Position numbers and translations under genes: made by a program. Below are positions 17,588 to 24,213 of a stretch of DNA of 38,259 bases, one piece after another (the first letter of the stretch is position 1; every line of letters starts with the position of its first letter). Below the pieces are notes generated by a model. That model was not told the DNA's origin and did no database searches. It was given only the letters and a program-made list of their open reading frames with translations. The stretch lies in assembly GCA_003857025.1 (NCBI GenBank), contig RPOO01000001.1, positions 1 through 38,259 of the forward strand. The letters are read 5' to 3'. This DNA comes from Methanothrix sp. Lineage in GTDB: Archaea > Halobacteriota > Methanosarcinia > Methanotrichales > Methanotrichaceae.

Positions 17588-17624
17588 ATATCGTCATATC
17601 GTCATATTGCAATAAGTTTATATC
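17588..17624 (+). promoter_or_regulatory. arsR promoter and candidate operator
   Basis: ATATCGTC x2, then palindrome TATTGCAATA (17605-17614) abutting TTTATAT (17617-17623), about 27 nt before the ATG. Confidence 0.55.
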
Positions 17625-17650
17625 TTCATGGATGAGTAGAATATATTATC

Positions 17651-17995
17651 ATGACTCAAAAATCCATCTCGGATTTGCGCATCAAGATCCTGAGCGCTTT
17701 ATCCGATCCCACGCGCCTTGAGCTGCTCGAATACCTTTCAGGAGGCGAGCGCTGTGTCTGCGAGATCCTCCCTGCCTTCCAGAGATCGCAATCCACTATC
17801 TCCAAGCATCTCAATATCCTCCACGAGGCAGGCATACTGGAACGAAGAATAGACGGCAAGAGAAACCTCTACAGGATAAAAGACCCGCAGGTCTTCGATC
17901 TCATCAAAAAAGTAGATGAGATGGCTCTCGTTCAGGTCGTGCAATTTGCTGAAGCCGGAAAGATCCTGGAAAAAACGCTCTTGCAGAGGAGCTGA
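17651..17995 (+). CDS. arsR: ArsR/SmtB family metalloregulator
   Basis: ALSDPTRLELL, ERCVCEI (alpha3 As/Sb-type site) and SQSTISKHLNIL HTH. Confidence 0.92.
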   Translation: MTQKSISDLRIKILSALSDPTRLELLEYLSGGERCVCEILPAFQRSQSTISKHLNILHEAGILERRIDGKRNLYRIKDPQVFDLIKKVDEMALVQVVQFAEAGKILEKTLLQRS

Positions 17996-18002
17996 TCCGA
18001 AA

Positions 18003-19100
18003 ATGGTAACTTACACAATTGCGGCAGCCCTGCAAGCCGGGCTTTCCACACTTCTGGATTATCTGTCAGCTCACGTCTTAACCTGCCTAATCCCGGCTTT
18101 TTTCATTGCCGGAGCCATATCCGCGCTCCTGCAAAAGGAGACGGTGCTAAAATACTTCGGAGCCGATGCACCTAAATGGCTCTGCTACGGCGTGGCCGCC
18201 ACCTCAGGCACCATCCTAGCGGTCTGCAGCTGTACCATTCTGCCCATGTTCGCCGGAATTGAGAAGCGAGGTGCGGGAATAGGACCTGCCACTGCGTTCC
18301 TCTTCTCGGGACCCGCCATCAATCTCATGGCCATCATCCTCACGGCGAGAGTTCTGGGTTTGGAGATCGGTATAGCCAGGGCAGTCGCTGCAGTCACCAT
18401 GGCGGTTATCATCGGGCTCATAATGGCCGCCATATTCCAGAAGTCTGAAGAAAAATGCGATGCTGTTGGAGGCGCTTCAAAGGCCGGATCATCGATAGCC
18501 AATGAAGAGCCAGCCTCCTCAGAGACAAGCCGCCCCAGCTACATCACCGGCCTTTTCATGGCGGTTCTGGTAGCCATATTGCTGATCGCGACCTCCAGCT
18601 TATTCATTCTAGCAGTAAAAGCGGCAATAGTAGCAGCACTGACGCTACTGGCTGCGTATCTGATGAAAACATACTACCAGCCGGAAGAGCGAGAGACATT
18701 CCTCTCCGAGACCTGGTGGCTGGCTAAGAAGATATTTCCCCTGCTGGTAGTGGGCACATTCGTCACCGGCATGATCGGCTACTTCCTGCCTGTGGAGTGG
18801 ATTCGCACCCTCTTTGGAACAAATAGCTTCCTCTCCTGCTTCGTCGCCTCCGTGATCGGCGCTCTGCTCTACATGCCCACGCTGCTGGAGGTTCCAATCG
18901 TGGGAACGCTCTTTGGATACAGCAGCGGCATCACGGCACCGGGGCCCGCGCTCGCTCTGCTTTTAGCCGGGCCGTCCCTGAGCCTGCCCAGCATGATCGT
19001 GATCACAAGGGTTATCGGCCTCAAGAAGGGCGGCGTCTACATTGTCCTGGTAGTCCTGATCTCGACTCTGGTAGGCATGTTGTATGGAGCTATTGCGTAG
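18003..19100 (+). CDS. DUF318/ArsP-like permease
   Basis: Multi-TM protein with CLIPAFFIAG, AVCSCTILP, FLFSGPAIN and LLAGPSLSLP. ATG 18003 lies just after the arsR stop. Confidence 0.85.
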   Translation: MVTYTIAAALQAGLSTLLDYLSAHVLTCLIPAFFIAGAISALLQKETVLKYFGADAPKWLCYGVAATSGTILAVCSCTILPMFAGIEKRGAGIGPATAFLFSGPAINLMAIILTARVLGLEIGIARAVAAVTMAVIIGLIMAAIFQKSEEKCDAVGGASKAGSSIANEEPASSETSRPSYITGLFMAVLVAILLIATSSLFILAVKAAIVAALTLLAAYLMKTYYQPEERETFLSETWWLAKKIFPLLVVGTFVTGMIGYFLPVEWIRTLFGTNSFLSCFVASVIGALLYMPTLLEVPIVGTLFGYSSGITAPGPALALLLAGPSLSLPSMIVITRVIGLKKGGVYIVLVVLISTLVGMLYGAIA

Positions 19101-19221
19101 AATTGGCAGAAGAATGGACGGAATGAATTGAGTGAAATGAACCAAGAGACGACTTGAACAGAAGAGAATAAACTAGAGAAATGGATACGAACAAATAAAC
19201 ACGATTCAGGAGATGAATTCG

Positions 19222-19455
19222 ATGAAAATAGAAGTCTTGGGAACAGGCTGCGCCAAATGCAAGAGCCTGATGAAGAATGTGGAAAAAGCGGTTGCAGAGC
19301 TTGGCCTGCAAGCCGAGATCATCAAGGTGGAAAGCATCCAGGAGATCATGAATCGCGGCGTGATGCTGACACCCGCGCTCATTGTAGACGGCGAGTCCAA
19401 GATGGCAGGAAGAACGGCAACAGTGGAAGAGATAAAGAGAATGCTGAAAGGATGA
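19222..19455 (+). CDS. Small thioredoxin-fold redox-active disulfide protein
   Basis: MKIEVLGTGCAKC and TPALIVDG; AGGAG SD. Alternative start at 19213. Confidence 0.9.
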   Translation: MKIEVLGTGCAKCKSLMKNVEKAVAELGLQAEIIKVESIQEIMNRGVMLTPALIVDGESKMAGRTATVEEIKRMLKG

Positions 19456-19462
19456 AGGAGAA

Positions 19463-19846
19463 ATGACAATGGATGAGAGGAAATGCATGTGCGGCTCCTC
19501 GGACGTGCGCGTTGTGGCATGCTCCGGAGCCTCAAATGTAGGACAAATAGCAAACAACGCAGCCATCGAGCTGGCACGGGAGAAGGTAGCAGGATTCTTC
19601 TGCCTGGCCGGAGTCGGGGCGCACATAAAGGGAATGGTCAAATCCGGCAAAGAAGCGGACCTGATGATATCCATCGACGGATGCCCGGTACAATGCGCGG
19701 CAAAGACATTACAGCATGCAGAAATTGAGCCGGCTATCCAGATAATCGTAACGGATTTAGGAATCGAAAAATCCCACGAAATGGCTTTAAATGAGGGGGA
19801 TTGTGAACGAGTTGTGAAAAAAGTTAAAGAGGAATTATCATGCTAA
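19463..19846 (+). CDS. DGC-domain putative zinc-binding protein
   Basis: ACSGASNVGQ, CLAGVG and IDGCPVQCA. Confidence 0.88.
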   Translation: MTMDERKCMCGSSDVRVVACSGASNVGQIANNAAIELAREKVAGFFCLAGVGAHIKGMVKSGKEADLMISIDGCPVQCAAKTLQHAEIEPAIQIIVTDLGIEKSHEMALNEGDCERVVKKVKEELSC

Positions 19847-19995
19847 GCATTTATATCTTCAAAGGTATTAGCGATTAGAACGACAAACAACGGATAGGCG
19901 AAAAGGCGATAAAATCCACGCCCATTAGCCTTTCCGGGCGAGGCATTTTGGGGAAAATGCCAGTGCGGCCCATCATTATAGTCAGGTGAAATCGA

Positions 19996-21099
19996 ATGAG
20001 TTTGCCTAAATGGAATCTGATATTGATCTGCGGGATATGCGCGGCATTCCTGGCGGTTATTGTGCTGTCGTCTGAAAATGCTCATGCTGGGCCGGAATGT
20101 GCCTCCTTGGGAGCTTCCTGCGACGACAGCAGCGGCTGGGATGGTTCAAAGAAGCTGGACGAGATTGGAGATCCCAATGCCGGCAAAGTTCAAACCACTG
20201 ATACCAAATGGCCGGAGAAATCGAGAACATCCAGATGGACCCAGCCAGCTTACGGATTTGAAAATGAGAGCGGCACATCTACAAATAACACGACTGTGGA
20301 CCAGAAAGTAGCCGCCAAGGCTACAAAGAATGCAACAACAACAGCTAAAGCACCAGTCGTCAAGACAACTGTAGAAAGAAGCGAGAGCGACAAGCTGATG
20401 CTGCTCCCTATCGCGGACGTCTCGGAATCGGATGTCCTCTTGGATGTGAGCGAGAACTCAACAAATCATATCCCCGGCTCGGTGGTCATCCCTTACATGC
20501 AGTTCGATGAAGAAGCCGGCATCCTGAAGGAAACATCCGAGATCTGCAAGATCCTGGGAGATAACGGCATCTCAAATGACGATTCCGTTGTAATCTACGG
20601 AGAATGCCTGCCCTGCGGCGGAGGCCCATTCCTGTCGGCCTATGTCTATAGCATGCTGAAGGGCCAGGGGCATGAAAAGGTCAAGATCCTGGATGGCACT
20701 GCAGAGGACTGGGCGGCATCTGGACACACCACCTCAGACGAAGCAACGGTTCGTCCCGGCACAGTTTACGCCCCCAAAGAGGGCACGCAGTTCAACGCCA
20801 CCTACGAAGATGTCAGCAGCGGCAAGGCTCAGATTGTTGATGCCAGAACTCTGCAAGAATATGCATCCGGCACGATTCCCGGTTCCATCAGCATCCCCTA
20901 CACCAGCGTTCTCGACGGAAAGAAGCTGAAGGATGATGCGTCGCTGGATAGGGTCTTCGCCATCCTGAACAAGGACAAGCCCGTAGTCGTCTTTACCAGC
21001 ACCGGCATGAAGGCATCCGTAATTTGGTTCGCTCTGGAGATGAGGGGCTACGATGCCAAGACATACACATACCGGGACTGGACCGAGCACCAAAGCTGA
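19996..21099 (+). CDS. Secreted tandem-domain rhodanese/sulfurtransferase-like protein lacking the canonical catalytic Cys
   Basis: Signal peptide, Thr/Lys linker, HIPGS, GISNDDSVVIYG, KILDG, IVDARTLQEY..GTIPGS. Active-site loop reads FTSTGMKAS. AGGTGA SD. Confidence 0.85.
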   Translation: MSLPKWNLILICGICAAFLAVIVLSSENAHAGPECASLGASCDDSSGWDGSKKLDEIGDPNAGKVQTTDTKWPEKSRTSRWTQPAYGFENESGTSTNNTTVDQKVAAKATKNATTTAKAPVVKTTVERSESDKLMLLPIADVSESDVLLDVSENSTNHIPGSVVIPYMQFDEEAGILKETSEICKILGDNGISNDDSVVIYGECLPCGGGPFLSAYVYSMLKGQGHEKVKILDGTAEDWAASGHTTSDEATVRPGTVYAPKEGTQFNATYEDVSSGKAQIVDARTLQEYASGTIPGSISIPYTSVLDGKKLKDDASLDRVFAILNKDKPVVVFTSTGMKASVIWFALEMRGYDAKTYTYRDWTEHQS

Positions 21100-21128
21100 G
21101 GATGGAAAGAGGAAGATTAGAAGAGCGG

Positions 21129-21170
21129 AGGCGAGGAGGGCTTACCTTTTCCTCCGCCTTATTTTCTCAC
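21129..21170. terminator. Hairpin plus pyrimidine tract between convergent transcription units
   Basis: aggcg-aggaggg...cttttcct-ccgcct, followed by tattttctc. Confidence 0.4.
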
Positions 21171-21233
21171 TTTCGCCATTCTCAAATTGAGATAAGCGAT
21201 TGGATAAACCCAATTATCAGTTTTCTTTTGCGA

Positions 21234-21362
21234 TTATGTCATAGGCTTGAACAATGCAACCAGCACTACCATTCCGTAGAGGATTGCTGCGACCATTCCG
21301 ACTTCGATGACATAAATGCCCAAATTAAATGGGTCCATCATATTTTCTTTTGATGTTTCCAA
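21234..21362 (-). CDS. Putative single-TM microprotein (42 aa from TTG, or 35 aa from ATG 21341)
   Basis: METSKENMMDPFNLGIYVIEVGMVAAILYGMVVLVALFKPMT*, with AGGTGG SD at 21367-21372. Below the ORF-track cutoff. Confidence 0.55.
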   Translation of the reverse strand: METSKENMMDPFNLGIYVIEVGMVAAILYGMVVLVALFKPMT

Positions 21363-21563
21363 GCGACCACCTTCTATTCAGAATGCCCGGCCCTATTGAG
21401 GAGGATTCAATAGTCCTGCAAATGGGAGAGAGTATATGCATCCGCAGAGACTTGTTGCCACAAACCCATAAACATCATGCCAATTTTATCATCCAATATG
21501 AGCCGGAGCGATTTTCCGCATTTCTATCTCGCTTCAACAATCCTTGTTTTTTTGAGGATGCCA

Positions 21564-21650
21564 TCAGCTTCTGGCCAAGCCCTTGAGCCCGGAGATTATC
21601 CAGAAGGCCATGCCCCAGAAGACGACTATGGTTGCTAGAAATGCTTCCAT
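21564..21650 (-). CDS. Putative single-TM microprotein (28 aa)
   Basis: MEAFLATIVVFWGMAFWIISGLKGLARS*, with GAGGT SD 7 nt upstream and AT-rich promoter-like DNA upstream. Confidence 0.5.
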   Translation of the reverse strand: MEAFLATIVVFWGMAFWIISGLKGLARS

Positions 21651-21831
21651 TCCTAAAACCTCATTATTAATAATGTGATTAATACTATGAATACTTTTCC
21701 ATTAAGTATCGAGGCGAGCTATCTGGGCGAAAATCTATTTCACGATCATAGGCATGGTCGCGGAGCCGCGAAAGAATAAGAAAACATAAATTAATAAATA
21801 CAAAAATATATAAAAGCGTAATGAATTTTAG

Positions 21832-21930
21832 CGCCGAGGGTGAGATTCGAACTCACGAGACCCTTGCGAATCACCAGCTAACTAGGAGAATTCATTCCAG
21901 GCTGGCGCCCTACCGCTAGACGACCTCGGC
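21832..21930 (-). tRNA. tRNA-Ser(GGA) with 15-nt intron at position 37/38 (21880-21894)
   Basis: GCCGAGG/CCTCGGC acceptor stem, discriminator G, CCAGC/GCTGG anticodon stem with CT-GGA-A, long variable arm GATTC-GCAA-GGGTC, T arm GTGAG-TTCGAAT-CTCAC. Intron TGAATTCTCCTAGTT forms a bulge-helix-bulge. CCA is not encoded. Confidence 0.93.
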
Positions 21931-21938
21931 ACAGTTTT

Positions 21939-23087
21939 TTATTGTTTGGCAGCCTTCGCCGCCGCTGCAGAAGCATCCCTTTCGGCAAGCTTCCACGCCT
22001 TGGGATAGGTGCCCGGCTCCATTATTACCCTTTCGGTCGTGGCCACAATCCCGGTCTTGGAAACGAGCATCTCCCTGCTCACCATTTCCGATCTAGCAGT
22101 AGCCACTGCTTCTCCTTTCAGGGTAAACAAGGCAACATTGTCGCCCTTATTTATATCTGTCTCCAGGCTGAGCAGCCCCGGTGCCGCCAGGGGCGCGCCA
22201 TGACAGACGGCATCCACGGCATTGTCGGCGATTACCAGTCGCGGCATGTGCTTTAGCGCTGCCTCAACTGGCTGAATCACGCGACGCAGGCCGCTCTCGT
22301 CGCCCGTCTCCTTCCAGGTCACATAGGCATCAGTGAGCTGGTGCAGCGTCACCAGCGTCTCATCCTCGCGGAAGGGACCGGCCTTGGTCCTGCGCAGCTC
22401 TTCCATGTTCGCGCCTGTGCCGAGAGCCAGACCGATATCAAAGCAAAGCTTGCGAATGTAGGTGCCCGCCTGGCAGCCCACGCGCATGAGAACCTGCTGC
22501 TCCTCGATCTCCAGGATCTCCAGATAATAGATGGTTCTCGTGCGAAGCTGCTTGACCACGGAAGACTTGAGAGGAGGCTTTTGCAGAATGGGGCCTACGA
22601 ATTCGCCGCAGACCTCTATGATACGCTTCTTTGGTACGGGTTTATGAATGTGCATGAGGCAGACGTATTCCTTTCCCGCCAGGAGAAGGGTGTCCATGAT
22701 GCGTGTGGCATCTCCCAGCAGCACCGGCAAGATCCCCGTAACCTTGGGGTCCAGGGTACCGCTGTGGCCCGCCTTTTCTACATTCAGGATGCGCTTGACC
22801 CAGGCCGCGACCTCATGGCTTGTGGGGCCGGAGGTCTTGTCCAGATTGATGGCCCCCAGGCGCATATGCATCTCCAGGCTGCGCTGCAGGGGTGGAATTC
22901 CAAATTTGGGATCGGTCTTGCCGTTCCTCTTCACCAGCACAGATCTCACGGCATCGGACGGTAGAGAGCCGGGCTTAAAAGGGGCTTTTGGTTTAGGCGC
23001 GGCAGCAACTGCATTAGGTGCATTGGACGGAGGAGATGTCGCTGCGGGTGCTTTGGCATCGGAGCCCTTGGCACGATGGATGATCAC
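21939..23087 (-). CDS. cbf5: H/ACA pseudouridine synthase Cbf5 (TruB family)
   Basis: DKTSGPTSHEV, GHSGTLDPKVTG, QAGTYIRKLC, PUA domain. GTG start overlaps the cmk stop. Confidence 0.95.
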   Translation of the reverse strand: MIIHRAKGSDAKAPAATSPPSNAPNAVAAAPKPKAPFKPGSLPSDAVRSVLVKRNGKTDPKFGIPPLQRSLEMHMRLGAINLDKTSGPTSHEVAAWVKRILNVEKAGHSGTLDPKVTGILPVLLGDATRIMDTLLLAGKEYVCLMHIHKPVPKKRIIEVCGEFVGPILQKPPLKSSVVKQLRTRTIYYLEILEIEEQQVLMRVGCQAGTYIRKLCFDIGLALGTGANMEELRRTKAGPFREDETLVTLHQLTDAYVTWKETGDESGLRRVIQPVEAALKHMPRLVIADNAVDAVCHGAPLAAPGLLSLETDINKGDNVALFTLKGEAVATARSEMVSREMLVSKTGIVATTERVIMEPGTYPKAWKLAERDASAAAAKAAKQ

Positions 23088-23602
23088 TGGCGAGCCCTCA
23101 CCGCTGCCAGAACGATCGCAAGCGTTCCATGCTCATTGAATCTTCCGGTATCCACAACTAAATCGTAGGCGGAAAAATCATTCACATCTATATTATAATA
23201 CATCTTGTAACGCCGCCCCTCGCTCTCCTCGCGAACGCGAGTCTCCTGGATGGCATCTTCCACCAGTTTTGCCTCGCGCTTGGAAATGCGCTCCGCACGA
23301 ACGCGCAGATCCGTCTTAAGAAGAACCTTCAGATCCGCAGGCAAAAGATGGCCGGAAAGCCGCCCCTCGAAGATGCCGCTGCCCTCTTTGGCCAGCGCCA
23401 ACTGAGCATCATCGATGAGGTAGTCGATCTCCGGACCCTTCTCCGCCATTCGGTTCATCTCTTTTACGGAGAGATTCTTCTCGCTGGCGATCTTTCGGAA
23501 GAGTTCCCCGGAATTTATCCAGCGAATCCCAAGCTCCGCAGACAGGCTGCGAGAAAGAGTTGTGGTGCCCGTTCCCGGGGCACCGCTGATAGAAACAATC
23601 AT
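23084..23602 (-). CDS. cmk: Cytidylate kinase
   Basis: ISGAPGTGTTT P-loop, SGELFR and EGRLSG; conserved position in the operon. Confidence 0.93.
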   Translation of the reverse strand: MIVSISGAPGTGTTTLSRSLSAELGIRWINSGELFRKIASEKNLSVKEMNRMAEKGPEIDYLIDDAQLALAKEGSGIFEGRLSGHLLPADLKVLLKTDLRVRAERISKREAKLVEDAIQETRVREESEGRRYKMYYNIDVNDFSAYDLVVDTGRFNEHGTLAIVLAAVRARQ

Positions 23603-23604
23603 CC

Positions 23605-24213
23605 TTAGCTCATGCTCCCGATATCCAGGGCTTTCCTGATGATCTGCGATACAGGAAGAGAACAGACAAAGTACCAGTAGAACCAGTAGAGCACAGGCCC
23701 AATAACGGTAGCATTGATGGGATGAGTTCCCCAGAAGGGAAAGGTCATGGTCAAATCTGGATTTTGCTCAATGAAGAGATAGGCCCACATGAAGAGCGGT
23801 ATTGAGACGATACCGATGTAAAGCATGGGCTTGAACTGCATCTGCATCATCTTGCCCTGCTCCGAGACCATCTTCATCTGCTCGTTTTGCAGTGTCTGAA
23901 TGCGAGCTTGATCTCCGGCAATCTGTGCCTCTTTCATGGCCCGCTGCACTTTTTTCATCTTTTCCTGCTGAACCCGCAAGAAATCCCAATCCATGGTGTA
24001 CTTCTGGATCAGGCTGGCATAAAGGCCGGTGATCGCGGCTAGGACGAAGAGCACAATATGGAAGGGCAGGATGGAGGGCATCCATCCGATGATATGACCC
24101 ACGCCCAATCCAAGATTGTGCCTTAAGTCGCCGCTGACCATTATCCCAAAAAAGAGAACAAAGCCCACGGCGAGGGCTGCGCTGTCCAGGGACTTGGTCA
24201 GCTTGGCATTCAT
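23605..24213 (-). CDS. DUF106 / EMC3-TMCO1 (Oxa1 superfamily) membrane insertase
   Basis: TM - coiled coil - TM architecture, QFKPM and WFYWYFVCS. Confidence 0.88.
   Translation of the reverse strand: MNAKLTKSLDSAALAVGFVLFFGIMVSGDLRHNLGLGVGHIIGWMPSILPFHIVLFVLAAITGLYASLIQKYTMDWDFLRVQQEKMKKVQRAMKEAQIAGDQARIQTLQNEQMKMVSEQGKMMQMQFKPMLYIGIVSIPLFMWAYLFIEQNPDLTMTFPFWGTHPINATVIGPVLYWFYWYFVCSLPVSQIIRKALDIGSMS

Noticed and set aside
17916-18002. N-terminal extension of the permease in the ORF track
   Set aside because: It overlaps arsR by 80 nt; ATG 18003 is the plausible start. Over-extended starts for uL18, uL30, uL14, uL23 and the 160-858 ORF were trimmed likewise.
19222-21099. Selenocysteine read-through in the thioredoxin, DGC or rhodanese genes
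   Set aside because: All motif positions use Cys or Thr codons, and the TGA codons fall at expected C-termini.
21024-21586. Plus-strand ORFs 21024-21353 and 21329-21586
   Set aside because: They show no protein-like features, and one crosses a terminator-like hairpin. The minus-strand small ORFs have better SD and TM support.
21100-21832. Integrated element at the tRNA-Ser 3' end (AT-rich flank)
   Set aside because: I saw no integrase and no duplicated tRNA 3' end (att site) in the window.
23084-23610. Missing eL34 and eL14 around cmk
   Set aside because: Their absence is expected in this euryarchaeal branch and is not novel.
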